Source: Clostridia bacterium
GTDB lineage: Bacteria; Bacillota; Clostridia; RGIG6154
Direction: 5' to 3'
Assembly (NCBI GenBank): GCA_017410375.1
Contig: JAFQQW010000051.1
Span: 102,733 to 166,732, forward strand
DNA: 64,000 nt
Shown here in pieces: positions 1 through 10,216 of the stretch. Each line of letters opens with the position of its first letter. The first letter of the stretch is position 1. Below the pieces are notes generated by a model, which ran no database searches, had not been told where the DNA came from, and was given only the letters and a program-made list of their open reading frames with translations. The translations under genes were made by a program, and so were the position numbers.

Positions 1-6
1 TGTTCC

Positions 7-36
7 CTATTCGTCGGTTTTCAGTACCTATTCGTC
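7..36. repeat. 30-bp imperfect direct repeat, left copy (ctattcgtcggttttcagtacctattcgtc); partner at 10217-10246
   Basis: 27/30 identity with 10217-10246 in the same orientation; flanking sequence diverges on both sides. Confidence 0.7.
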
Positions 37-50
37 AGTTTAAGCATAAA

Positions 51-80
51 AATAAGGCTACCATAGTAGCCTTATTTTTT
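51..80 (-). terminator. Rho-independent terminator hairpin (ataaggctac-cata-gtagccttat) flanked by A-run and T-run, bidirectional
   Basis: 10-bp perfect stem, 4-nt loop, T6 on plus strand and A5 upstream; lies 3' of the minus-strand RHS operon. Confidence 0.7.
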
Positions 81-94
81 GTGAACAATATGTT

Positions 95-678
95 TGCTGT
101 CAAGTCGCCTGCTGTTTTTTGGGTTAAGCGGTTTGCGCCCTCACAGGTTTGGCGGTGCTGATGCCCTTGCGGTCGGTCATGGATTTTACGGTACCATCTA
201 AGTTGTACACATAGGTTACGCTATCGTCCAAGGCATCGGTAACGGTAATAGGCTGATTGAGGAAGTTATATTTATAGGTGGTGGTAGACTGTTCACCTGT
301 GTTGCCTACTGTTTGGGTGAGCATTCTGCCACCCTTGTCATAGGTATAGTTGACCTCGGTGCTATCGCCCTTGTTGTTTTGGCTTACCTTTTTTAAGTTG
401 TTATTGGCATCATAGGTATAGTGGATATAGGAAACTTCGTTTACTTCTCCAAAGGGGTTTGTAAGATACCCTTCTTTAATCATATTGCCGTTTCCGTCAT
501 ACCAATAGTTATGCCAAACGGTGGTTTCGCCCTCGTCATAAGCTTCAGAAACCAACTCGTTACGGGGATTGTAGGCATAATTCATAATAAAGCCGTTTGG
601 CGCCTGTGTTGCGTACATATTGCCATAAGCATCATAGTAAAAGGAATGAGTCCGGCACAATACCGAACTCATTCTCAA
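95..678 (-). pseudogene. RHS/YD-repeat internal fragment, a diverged duplicate of residues ~1061-1252 of the adjacent RHS gene; no N- or C-terminal parts
   Basis: Nucleotides 95-651 align to 2916-3490 at ~92-95% identity; the 184-aa ORF matches the main protein almost residue for residue; homology ends abruptly at both sides. Confidence 0.8.
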
Positions 679-732
679 GCAAGTTAATGTTTAATTTTTG
701 GTCTAAACTTTTAGGCTATCTTCGTTAGAAAG

Positions 733-1185
733 TCACCATTTTTTTATTATTTCGACTAAACATTTTTCTTCTTTCCCGAAAAACAATTTTCCACTGAACA
801 TGAGCAACGCAATAACGAGATATAAAACTATGAAGATAAACTGCACTAATGCCTTTTCTTGATTTAGAAGAGTTGTTGCTCCTAATAATGACCAATTACC
901 ATACAACAAAACAGATAAAATTACTAGAAAAAATATCATTGGAATAGTTTTGAATTTAAAGTTCCCGTCTAACACAATACTATCGTTTTCTTTCTGTGCT
1001 TTACATTTAAAAACTCTTCGAAACGGATGTTGTAAAGTATTATTCACATAAGTAAGATATACATAGCTATTATTTTTTTTGAAATATAACCCTTTTTGAA
1101 AAAAGAAAGGCTTCATTTCTTGAGCATTTGACTTCAAATATTCTAATAGTTCTGTCTCCGATTTAAAATTAGTTATATATTTCAT
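733..1185 (-). CDS. Putative immunity protein for the RHS C-terminal toxin; small membrane protein with 2 TM helices
   Basis: ATG 4 nt after the RHS stop codon; RBS GGAG upstream; two hydrophobic helices in the C-terminal half; position typical of rhsI/wapI. Confidence 0.55.
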   Translation of the reverse strand: MKYITNFKSETELLEYLKSNAQEMKPFFFQKGLYFKKNNSYVYLTYVNNTLQHPFRRVFKCKAQKENDSIVLDGNFKFKTIPMIFFLVILSVLLYGNWSLLGATTLLNQEKALVQFIFIVLYLVIALLMFSGKLFFGKEEKCLVEIIKKW

Positions 1186-1189
1186 AAAT

Positions 1190-4100
1190 TCACCAACTCC
1201 AAAGAATTTTTCCAAAATTTATATCAGCATGTAATTCAGCAGGCAAAACACTAACTCCTCCCGAAACACTCCCGCCTTTAGATGTATCGAAGTCTCCTCC
1301 TACATATCCCGCTGACCCACCTGCTGATATTGACATTCCTTCTAAATCATATATAGTATCTGCAGAATTGATAACTATTGTCCCGCTAACAGACGCATTG
1401 GGTGTGCCTGCACCAACACCACCAAATACTATTATTCCTTTGTTACCATAGTCATCCCAAACGAACATAATTTGAATATTGAGTTTAATTCCAAATGCCG
1501 CAGATGCCGAAATCCCCGTTCCATATGCTTCTTCTCCAGTAACATCAACATATGTTATTGGATTATTCAGTGCATAAACATATACGTTAGCACTTTGCAG
1601 TACGGAATTTATATCAGGTATGCGTGCAAAGGAACTATCTACATCTTTATGTTTTTCTCCATAAATCATGTTATCAAGATTCCAATGGGTGTCTTTCTGT
1701 GTAAATCTACCGGTATTGGGGGTATAATAGCGTGCACGGAGATAGATGGAGTCGGATTCCGCATCGTAGTATTCACCGCAATATCTAAAGGGATTTGTGT
1801 CGTTGGTGTCTATATTTCGTTCCACACCAAAGCCATCATATTCATAGTGTTTTACACTTTCACCTGCACTATTGGTTAAGTGTACAACATCACCATGTGC
1901 ATTATGGACATAGTACTGTGAATTATTACTGATTAAGTCAAGACCATAATAATAGTTTTGTATACCATCCTTAACCAAATTCATGCCGTCCCAAATTTGG
2001 TTGGTGGTTTTTCCATTTACTGTCTTGCTATTTCTTAAACCATCCGCAGTATAAGTATATGTTGCTTGCTCGGTCCCTTTTCCTCTAAATTCTACTAAAC
2101 GGTTAAAATCGTCATACTCGTAATGTGCAACATTGGGTACTTGTTGCGGTGTCCAGAAGTCGGCAGTCAATTCACTTTCTGTAGGTGTTGTTCCGTCTTT
2201 GGATGTATAAGTTTCGGTTATTTCAGACATCAGGTTGCCATTCTCATCATAGCTATAGGAAGTTAATTCCTCTACCTCACTTGCAGTATACATCTTACTG
2301 CCTGTCAGTTGTTTGTTGTTTTTGTCGAAGGTGTTTATTACTGTAAAACTTTCTTCGCCCGTTACAGATAAAGCTGTACGGTTGCCACGGCTGTCATAGC
2401 TATAAGTCATGTCAATATCGCCGACTGTTTCTGTTTTCAGTCTGTTTACACCGTCATAGGTGTAGGCGGTGGTTACACCGTCCTCGGTTTTGGTTGCCAC
2501 ATTGCCGTCTGTAAAGTAAGTATAGCTGATATTGGAAAGCACATCTGTATCGTTAGAAGCGGTTACATTGGTTGTCCAACCGGCATTGTTATAGGTATAA
2601 TCTGTGGTTACGCCGTTGCCCAGTACAGATTTGGTTAATCTGTTATTTACATCATAGGTATAGCTTGAAATGGCATTATTGCCTTGCTTTACAGTTGTTA
2701 AGCGGTTTGCATTGTCATACACATAAGACAAGCTATAGTTTGGCATAGAGAAGGTCAAACGGTTACCGCGTTTATCATAGGTATAGTTTTTTGTAACGCC
2801 GTCTGTTACCTCTTTGGTGAGCCAACCCAAGCTATTATAGGTATAGGCAGAGCTTGTTTGTTGCGTTCCGTTTTGGGTGATGCTTGCCCCTACTCTATTA
2901 TTCATCATATCATAATTATAGGTTGCTGTCAAGTTGCCAGCCGTTTTTTGGGTTAAGCGGTTTGCGCCCTCATAGGTATAGGCGGTACTGATGCCCTTAC
3001 GGTCTGTCATGGATTTTACGGTGCCGTCTAAGTTATACACATAGGTTACGCTATCGCCCAAAGCATCGGTTACAGTAACAGGCTGATTGAGGAAGTTATA
3101 TGTATAGGTGGTGGTAGACTGTTCGCCTGTATTGCCTACCGTTTGGGTGAGCATTCTGCCGCCCTTGTCATAGGTATAGTTGACCTCGGTGCTATCGCCC
3201 TTGTTGTTTTGGCTTACCTTTGTTACGTTATTATTGGCATCATAGGTATAGTGGATATAGGAAACTTCGTTTGCTTCTCCAAAGGGGTTTGTAAGATAGC
3301 CTTCTTTAATCATATTGCCGTTTCCGTCATACCAATAGTTATGCCAAACGGTGGTTTCGCCCTCGTCATAAGCCTGAGAAACCAATTCGTTACGGGGATT
3401 GTAGGCATAATTCATAATAAAGCCGTCGGGAGCCTGTGTGGCGTACATATTGCCATAGGCATCATAGTAATTGGTGGTTGTGTTACCTAAAGCATCTTTT
3501 ACGGTGCGCGGCTGATTGACACCGTTATAGGTATAGGTTGCAACTGTTCCTTTTTCGTCGGCAACCGAAAGGACATTACCCATCTTGTCATAGGTATAGG
3601 TGGTTGTACCTGTGTCGGGTGTAGTTTGTGAAGTCATAAACCCGAGTTCGTTATACTTTTGCGTTACATCAAAATGTTGATTATTGGTTTTATAGGTTCG
3701 GGTTTTGATTTGGGTGCCGGTATGGGTGCCGTCATCCGAAGCAATGTCAAACAAGGTATAGGTATACTGTTGTTTTGCCTTTAACTCGTCATTATAGAAC
3801 TCTTTCTGCTCTAAGATTTTGCCGCCGTCGTTAAAGGTGTACTCGATTTTGGTATAGTCGCCATCGGTATTTTCAAACACTTTGTTTGTGCTTATTCTGC
3901 CACGGTTGTCATAGGTCACTTCGTCCATTTGTACCCAGGTTTCGCCATCTAATGCATAGCTTGCGGTGTACCGACCCAGTCCGTCATAGATTTGTTTTAC
4001 ACGGTTGCCGTTGGAGTCGGTGGCGATGATGATGTTGTTTTCATAATCATAGCTATAAAGACTTGTGCTGTTTAAGGTTAAATTGGTTTGAGACAGCACA

Positions 4101-6673
4101 TCACCCGAAATATTGTATGTGGTGGTATGGGTATTGCCATTGGCATCGGTTGCGCGAACGGCTCTGCCTAACATATCGTAGGTTTCGGAGGTGGTATGGT
4201 CCGAAACGGCTCTGAAGCCTGTGGTTGCTGTGTTTACAATTAAGCTATAGTCGTTTAAGTTGTTCGCTTCGGTATTTAATTCCGGATAGGTATAGGTATA
4301 GGTTGTGGTGCCTTCATCTTCATCATAAGTAACAGATGCCAATGTGCCATCCGCATTATAGGTATAGCTTTGTGTTCTTGAACGCAGGTCGGTACCGCTT
4401 ACCGTCATGGATGCAGGGGTTTTGCCGTCCGAGCTGAAAGTATAGGTTGTGGTAAGATTTACCGCTCTGTTTGATGTACCGCCATTTACGGTATGGGTTT
4501 TAAGTTGTTCGTAGGGGCCATAGGTATAGGTTTCGGTATAGCCTGCAACACGTTTACTCCATATTTTATCCAATCCTCCGGTGTATGAGGTTATTGTTGT
4601 ATAGGGAAGTCTGTTCTCCGGCACTTCAGCATCAACAGATGTTGCGTTTATTTGATACAAATCTGTTCGGGTAATTAAATTAGGATTCACTGCACCAGAC
4701 TCATATGTATAGTTCGTTTTAGTCAAAATTCCATCTTGTAAAACGCGACTTTCCGTCAAGCGTTGTTTAGAATCATAGATGTCTTTTTGTATACCATTCG
4801 GACTTTGGATTATAGTATAATGTGTATACTCTTCATCGTTTGTTATTTTTCCTTCCTGTGGATTGTTATAAGCATAGGTTGTTTCCATTTGTTTTTCGCC
4901 ATCAAACATGTAATATGTTTTGGAAACCTTCTGTTTTTCTGTTTCATGCTCGGTATAATTGAAATATACATTTGATGTATCATACTCGTATACTTTTTTA
5001 GTGTTATCTGAAAGTTCAACTTCGGTAAGTAACATCTTCCAATCTGCACGAGTAGCATTTTCTGAATATCCAAACTCTACCAAGTCCTGAACAAGCTTAT
5101 GTGTATATGTCGTTTTGTCTTGGCTTGTTTCTGTTCCGCGATACACATTTAAAGTGTAGATATTATCTGTATATAAATTATTACCCGGATCGACCATCGC
5201 ATCGTTTTCAGATATTGTTTCATATGTAACAATTATGTTTTCGTCAAATGCTCCTTGTTCTTCCGTTTGTTGATCGTAAGGAACACTTCCTACCGTGATA
5301 TTTGCCAAAAGATCTCCATTATAATTAAATCGTATAGAACGTCCATAAGTGTCTACAATATTTAACAACTTATCTCCAGAGAAATTGTATGTAATATAGT
5401 TTCCAAATCGATCTTCTATTGCTACCATTCGTTGATCATACAAATTGTAATAACGTTTTGTCCCTTCAGGGTCTGTTACCTTCGCATTATATTCGCAATA
5501 CGGAAGCTCCCGATAATATTCCGAATCAAAATTATCGGTAAATTCAACATCCCAATCATTCAAAACGTTAACCTGTCCGTTATTTGTATAGGTTGTTACT
5601 TTTTGATATGTAACCGTCCCATAATCTGCATCTTGACGATATGAAATGTAAAGTTCATCGTCTTTTTCGGTGCTGAAATGAGCTGTTCCAACATAAAATC
5701 TATCGTTTATCGGCCCATCTAAATATTTGTTTTCCCATTCGGCAAAAGGAAGTTGTATACGCCAACCATTACCTATTGATGTGCCCATTGCAGGATCTGT
5801 AACATTCATTAACTCTACTTTTGTTTCATAAGAAACTTCGGCACAAACTGCACCCAAATTTGTATTTCGCACTAATTTAACTGCGTTCGCATCTGATGAT
5901 TGAATGTCCTCATACATATATAAAATACTGCTTGAATCTAATGATGGATTCGATTCAGGCAATATAGTCATGCCGGAAACATTATTTTGCCCATACTCAG
6001 AATAGTTCATTAAAACAGATATTCTATGATTTTCATCTTCTGCCAACAACATTTCTGTTTCGCTATTAAATACAACATATATTGGTTGCGTAGTATTATT
6101 TTCCAGATAATACGTGTAAATATATTGGTAGTATTTTTCATTTACTACTTCGTTATTTGTTTTATAATTAATAGGATAACGACTTGAGTTGTTTGTGTAA
6201 TCAAAATCAGATCCCATTTCATTTGAAATAGTTTGTAAGGCACTGTTATACACGCGGTTAACAGAAACGTCCAAACCAGCTTTGCCCGGCAAATATAAAT
6301 CCGTTGATGAATAGTGCAATGCACCAGTAGCACTGTTTATATAGCTGTTGCCCGATTTATCAAAAATTGCTCCCTGGTTTCTTCTATCGCCTAAAATACT
6401 ATTCAAATATTGTTGTTCTTCATAAACAACCGGGTCAAAATCTGCAGTTTCGGCACTTGTTGCTTCAACACTATATGTTGCTCCGATTGTCTCGACATCC
6501 ACCCCAGCAACTTGCATCGCAAAAGAAACGTTGTTCTCCATAACCAACAAAGGATGTTCATCACTATATACTGTTTGCACTACACTTTTTTGTGAAACCG
6601 ATTCAATTGCAAATGCTGGTGCAATTTGAAAAACCATTAATGCTGAAAGCACCCACGCTGTAAATTTTTTCAT
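1190..6673 (-). CDS. RHS/YD-repeat polymorphic toxin (WapA-like). It has a Sec signal peptide, an RHS shell, a degenerate DPxGL-type motif (NPITYVDVTGE) and a ~115-aa glycine-rich C-terminal toxin domain
   Basis: Signal peptide MKKFTAWVLSALMVFQIAPAFA; many YD repeats; RHS core end RARYYTPNTGRF...NVYVYALNNPITYVDVTGE; RBS GGAGG 9 nt upstream. Confidence 0.9.
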   Translation of the reverse strand: MKKFTAWVLSALMVFQIAPAFAIESVSQKSVVQTVYSDEHPLLVMENNVSFAMQVAGVDVETIGATYSVEATSAETADFDPVVYEEQQYLNSILGDRRNQGAIFDKSGNSYINSATGALHYSSTDLYLPGKAGLDVSVNRVYNSALQTISNEMGSDFDYTNNSSRYPINYKTNNEVVNEKYYQYIYTYYLENNTTQPIYVVFNSETEMLLAEDENHRISVLMNYSEYGQNNVSGMTILPESNPSLDSSSILYMYEDIQSSDANAVKLVRNTNLGAVCAEVSYETKVELMNVTDPAMGTSIGNGWRIQLPFAEWENKYLDGPINDRFYVGTAHFSTEKDDELYISYRQDADYGTVTYQKVTTYTNNGQVNVLNDWDVEFTDNFDSEYYRELPYCEYNAKVTDPEGTKRYYNLYDQRMVAIEDRFGNYITYNFSGDKLLNIVDTYGRSIRFNYNGDLLANITVGSVPYDQQTEEQGAFDENIIVTYETISENDAMVDPGNNLYTDNIYTLNVYRGTETSQDKTTYTHKLVQDLVEFGYSENATRADWKMLLTEVELSDNTKKVYEYDTSNVYFNYTEHETEKQKVSKTYYMFDGEKQMETTYAYNNPQEGKITNDEEYTHYTIIQSPNGIQKDIYDSKQRLTESRVLQDGILTKTNYTYESGAVNPNLITRTDLYQINATSVDAEVPENRLPYTTITSYTGGLDKIWSKRVAGYTETYTYGPYEQLKTHTVNGGTSNRAVNLTTTYTFSSDGKTPASMTVSGTDLRSRTQSYTYNADGTLASVTYDEDEGTTTYTYTYPELNTEANNLNDYSLIVNTATTGFRAVSDHTTSETYDMLGRAVRATDANGNTHTTTYNISGDVLSQTNLTLNSTSLYSYDYENNIIIATDSNGNRVKQIYDGLGRYTASYALDGETWVQMDEVTYDNRGRISTNKVFENTDGDYTKIEYTFNDGGKILEQKEFYNDELKAKQQYTYTLFDIASDDGTHTGTQIKTRTYKTNNQHFDVTQKYNELGFMTSQTTPDTGTTTYTYDKMGNVLSVADEKGTVATYTYNGVNQPRTVKDALGNTTTNYYDAYGNMYATQAPDGFIMNYAYNPRNELVSQAYDEGETTVWHNYWYDGNGNMIKEGYLTNPFGEANEVSYIHYTYDANNNVTKVSQNNKGDSTEVNYTYDKGGRMLTQTVGNTGEQSTTTYTYNFLNQPVTVTDALGDSVTYVYNLDGTVKSMTDRKGISTAYTYEGANRLTQKTAGNLTATYNYDMMNNRVGASITQNGTQQTSSAYTYNSLGWLTKEVTDGVTKNYTYDKRGNRLTFSMPNYSLSYVYDNANRLTTVKQGNNAISSYTYDVNNRLTKSVLGNGVTTDYTYNNAGWTTNVTASNDTDVLSNISYTYFTDGNVATKTEDGVTTAYTYDGVNRLKTETVGDIDMTYSYDSRGNRTALSVTGEESFTVINTFDKNNKQLTGSKMYTASEVEELTSYSYDENGNLMSEITETYTSKDGTTPTESELTADFWTPQQVPNVAHYEYDDFNRLVEFRGKGTEQATYTYTADGLRNSKTVNGKTTNQIWDGMNLVKDGIQNYYYGLDLISNNSQYYVHNAHGDVVHLTNSAGESVKHYEYDGFGVERNIDTNDTNPFRYCGEYYDAESDSIYLRARYYTPNTGRFTQKDTHWNLDNMIYGEKHKDVDSSFARIPDINSVLQSANVYVYALNNPITYVDVTGEEAYGTGISASAAFGIKLNIQIMFVWDDYGNKGIIVFGGVGAGTPNASVSGTIVINSADTIYDLEGMSISAGGSAGYVGGDFDTSKGGSVSGGVSVLPAELHADINFGKILWSW

Positions 6674-6686
6674 TTATAATCCCTCC

Positions 6687-9600
6687 TCACTCTTGATAAC
6701 ATTTCAAATTAATATGACCTTCTACTTTTGAAGTGAATTCTAGCACATGAACCAGACCACTCCAATAGCTTTCGTCTAAAACTTCCTCTGTTGTGTACTC
6801 AATTTTAAGTATACCTTCGCTGTTCTCAACAACCTCAGTTGCCCCATGATTATTCGGAATTACATGCTGAATAATGTTGTCCACTTCATCATCTGTAAGC
6901 TCTAACATATGCGCATCATATTCAATAACCATAACTGTTTTACCTTCTGCTTTTTCTTTTGCCGTCACCGAAACATATACTTTTTCACCCGGTTTTACAT
7001 ATTTAATTAATCTGCCGTCCTCAACAACTGAAACGTCTTGAAGCACCTGTAAATAATATGGTGTTGCAGTTCGTCCTGCAAATGTTTTAATATAAAAATG
7101 TGTTACGTCGGTATCTGTTTCATCTGTATAATATCCTCCGTTTACAGGCTCTACTTTCTCCCACTCTCCTTGATGCTTTTTATATACATAAAATGTTGCA
7201 TCCTTGTTTTCAGAAGACATTGTGATATTATACTTTGTAGCAAATCGACTTACAGGAAATTTATAATAATCTCTATCGGTTTCGTAGTCAAAGTAAAGTG
7301 TTTTTTCACCCTGATTATATGTATGTTCGGCACTTGAAAAATCTGAAAAATCGATATAGTATTTTCTGGTATACCCATTGTTACCTTCCAGCAAAATATA
7401 CCCTTCACGATTTTGAGTTTCACTATTCAACGGCAAAACTGCTTCTAATGTAGTTGCTGCACTCGCTATACATGTATCATTTCCATTATATACATCATGC
7501 AATTCAATTCTCGCACCACCCTCAACCGGATCTTGCGCTGTCACTTTTACTTTAATACCTTCTTCGGTTCGCACAATCGAAGGGCCAAAGGTAAAATACG
7601 GCAAATTCATGTCTTCGTATTTTGCAAGTGTTGCATCATACCCTTCTTGCGTATCTGGCAGAATAATATCATAATCTGTAATTGTTAAATAATCAAGACG
7701 TGCATATCCATACCCATAAAATGTAAGTGTCGCTTGGCCTTTTTTCAAAGCAACAGATTCCGCTTCATCATAATTATAAAAAGCATATTCATTTGATGTC
7801 AAAAAATTACGCTTCATGCCAAAGCCATATAAATTATAGAGGTTGTCTGTTCCACCTATAATCCTATCATAAGTAATATCAAAATTATCATTACTATTTT
7901 TTCCTGTGATTGGGATTTCATCCCCCTCGCCTTGCTTAACAGTAATGCCAAATACTCTCTCAAACGCCTTTTGACTATCTTGAACATTTGGCGAACTTGC
8001 GGCACGGGCAGAAATTTCGTATTGCCCATCCTTAGGAATTTGCACAGTTGCAGTCATACGCACAACTTGTTTTCTATCGTTTACGCGTTTGTCTTTTGCT
8101 TGCATAATCGGATTTCCATAATTTGAATTATACACGCCAAAACCGCTTGTACTTTCAAACCAAACATCCTCGCCAAAAAACTCGGCATCTGTCGGATGAA
8201 CTGTAAAATTATTTCTCGGTGTAAGTAAAATCGTTGTTTTGGATGATGGAACACTAAAAAGGTCTTCTGCCCGTTTCCCGCTACGATTGAATGCTGTAAA
8301 TATCATTGAGTTGTACGAACTGTCATATAATCCTTCTGCCACAAAATCGGTTACATTACCATCGTAATAACCAAAAACTTCTAAAGTGCCGTTGCTTCCG
8401 ATACCATAAACTGCATATCCGTCTATGTGTGTTCCTTCAACTTCGAAAACAACTTCCTCATTTTCGACTTGATAACCGGATTTAGAATAATAGGGTGACG
8501 GATAATTCAGCACTGCCCCAACAGATGCTTCATACATCGCCTCATTCATATTTTGTGACATGGGTTGAGATGCTAAAATTATAAAATCCATAATCGCACC
8601 GGGATATGCGTAAATGTTTAATGTATTAAATCCCTGCTCCAAATAAATGGGTTCAGCATCAGTATACATATGCGGTTTATGTTCAGCAGTAACATAGCTT
8701 CTTCTTGCTCCAAACAAATATCTCGGTTCATCGTTTATCATAAGAGCATTATAGTCGTCATAATCCGATAATTGATCCGATTCCGTAACCGCCTTATCAC
8801 CCTGCACATACTTTTCGACACCATTTTCATAATAAGAAATCATAAATGTACCGAATTTGGGATCATTACTCTCCTGCTTCTGAGATAACGCTCTGGCACT
8901 TACATAATAATTCCCAGATACAGGAACAAAAATCTCTGTTGTATGCTTTAGAGGTTCTCCGTAGTTATTATTTAAAACAGTATATCCGCCCGATTCTTTT
9001 GAGAACGAATATGCAGAATACATATAGTCAATTCCCGCTGACGGAATATTATCTGTAAACGCGCTCCCGGTCACAAATTCTGTTTCAGCATTCAATACAA
9101 TCGCATAATTATCATTTCCGGGATTATATGTAATTGTCTCTTGTAAAAAATTCCCGAATGCATCCCATGCCGTTATATCAATTGTTACAGGTTCAAGACG
9201 ACATAATGAACTTAAATTCAAGCTATGCTCTTTTGTCGAATAAGAATTTGTTCCATAAGTATCTGTAAATGAAATTTCATAAGCAACCGGCTTGTTAGGA
9301 CCTGCTTCGTATTCTAACCAAGAATTTCCTTCTTGTACAGATATAGCAGGTTCTTCTAAAAAAGCAAATGTAGTATTTTCAAATACACCATAAGTCTGTT
9401 GATATTCTGTTTTTGTCTGCACATTAACAAGCGGTTGCTCAGAAATAACCAAAAAATCTAATCGAGAATAACTATTCGCATACAAATTAACCGTTGCTTG
9501 TCCTTCTTCCAGATAAACAGGTACTGCATCAAAGTAATTGTATGACTGTAAATCAGTAACAAATTCCCGCATAGAACCAAACAAATATCTGTTTTGTCCG

Positions 9601-10121
9601 TTGATGTCACAGCTATCAAAATCATACATATTCTCATCAGACCACGGATTGCTACCTGTTACAAAACTTTCAACTGAATTCTGCGTGAACGAAACCTGCA
9701 TAGTTCTGTTCATGTGGTAGTTGGTCTGCGTTACAGGTGTTGTCGTTGTTTTCATTCTGGCGCCTACATAATACATACCTGACTCAGGAATAACAATATC
9801 ACAATTTGTATAACGTGCGCTCGAGCCTGTCGTTACCAAAAGATAAGAACCAAAATTCCCGTTAAACGCGCCACCCGCATTTGCGTCATATGTGAAATTT
9901 TCATCATTAAAGTCTTTACCTGTTAGCACAATAGCATTTGTTACAGTTTGGATGTCTCCATCTGTTGATACTGTGCTTTTTTCTACCGATTCGACACTAA
10001 TTATCTCTGCATTTTCTTCTTCAAGTATCAAATCGTTGCTTAAATCTGATTCTGCAATGGATAATGTTGGAATGCTTAATAGCAACCCAATGCTTAACCA
10101 CAATGCAATCATTTTTCTCAT
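6687..10121 (-). CDS. Large secreted protein (1144 aa from ATG 10121) with three ~180-aa CBM-like beta-sandwich repeats, co-transcribed upstream of the RHS toxin
   Basis: RBS AAAGGAG 9 nt before MRKMIALWLSIGLLLSIPTLSIA; three internal repeats ending ...SRLDFLVISEQP / ...IMDFIILASQP / ...ARLDYLTITDYD; stop 13 nt before RHS start. Confidence 0.8.
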   Translation of the reverse strand: MRKMIALWLSIGLLLSIPTLSIAESDLSNDLILEEENAEIISVESVEKSTVSTDGDIQTVTNAIVLTGKDFNDENFTYDANAGGAFNGNFGSYLLVTTGSSARYTNCDIVIPESGMYYVGARMKTTTTPVTQTNYHMNRTMQVSFTQNSVESFVTGSNPWSDENMYDFDSCDINGQNRYLFGSMREFVTDLQSYNYFDAVPVYLEEGQATVNLYANSYSRLDFLVISEQPLVNVQTKTEYQQTYGVFENTTFAFLEEPAISVQEGNSWLEYEAGPNKPVAYEISFTDTYGTNSYSTKEHSLNLSSLCRLEPVTIDITAWDAFGNFLQETITYNPGNDNYAIVLNAETEFVTGSAFTDNIPSAGIDYMYSAYSFSKESGGYTVLNNNYGEPLKHTTEIFVPVSGNYYVSARALSQKQESNDPKFGTFMISYYENGVEKYVQGDKAVTESDQLSDYDDYNALMINDEPRYLFGARRSYVTAEHKPHMYTDAEPIYLEQGFNTLNIYAYPGAIMDFIILASQPMSQNMNEAMYEASVGAVLNYPSPYYSKSGYQVENEEVVFEVEGTHIDGYAVYGIGSNGTLEVFGYYDGNVTDFVAEGLYDSSYNSMIFTAFNRSGKRAEDLFSVPSSKTTILLTPRNNFTVHPTDAEFFGEDVWFESTSGFGVYNSNYGNPIMQAKDKRVNDRKQVVRMTATVQIPKDGQYEISARAASSPNVQDSQKAFERVFGITVKQGEGDEIPITGKNSNDNFDITYDRIIGGTDNLYNLYGFGMKRNFLTSNEYAFYNYDEAESVALKKGQATLTFYGYGYARLDYLTITDYDIILPDTQEGYDATLAKYEDMNLPYFTFGPSIVRTEEGIKVKVTAQDPVEGGARIELHDVYNGNDTCIASAATTLEAVLPLNSETQNREGYILLEGNNGYTRKYYIDFSDFSSAEHTYNQGEKTLYFDYETDRDYYKFPVSRFATKYNITMSSENKDATFYVYKKHQGEWEKVEPVNGGYYTDETDTDVTHFYIKTFAGRTATPYYLQVLQDVSVVEDGRLIKYVKPGEKVYVSVTAKEKAEGKTVMVIEYDAHMLELTDDEVDNIIQHVIPNNHGATEVVENSEGILKIEYTTEEVLDESYWSGLVHVLEFTSKVEGHINLKCYQE

Positions 10122-10188
10122 ACCTATCACTCCTTTTAAATTTTTGGATAGTTGCGGGATAGAACTATCCACTATGAGAATACAACAT

Positions 10189-10197
10189 ATTATATCA
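10189..10197 (-). promoter_or_regulatory. Candidate extended -10 element (TGATATAAT) for the 1144aa-RHS-immunity operon
   Basis: Reverse complement of attatatca; ~70 nt upstream of the start codon; no good -35, but the TGn extension is present. Confidence 0.3.
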
Positions 10198-10216
10198 AAA
10201 ATCAACATTTACGACT

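Noticed and set aside
421-687. Plus-strand 88-aa ORF and many other 60-140-aa ORFs antisense to long genes (e.g. 1472-1879, 3143-3490, 18111-18414, 32618-32998, 41211-41804)
   Set aside because: They are fully embedded antisense to well-supported long CDSs. They lack an RBS and have low-complexity or hydrophobic composition typical of shadow ORFs
6687-10208. 1173-aa maximal ORF start at 10208
   Set aside because: An ATG at 10121 with an AAAGGAG RBS begins a canonical signal peptide. Upstream codons overlap the RBS and promoter region
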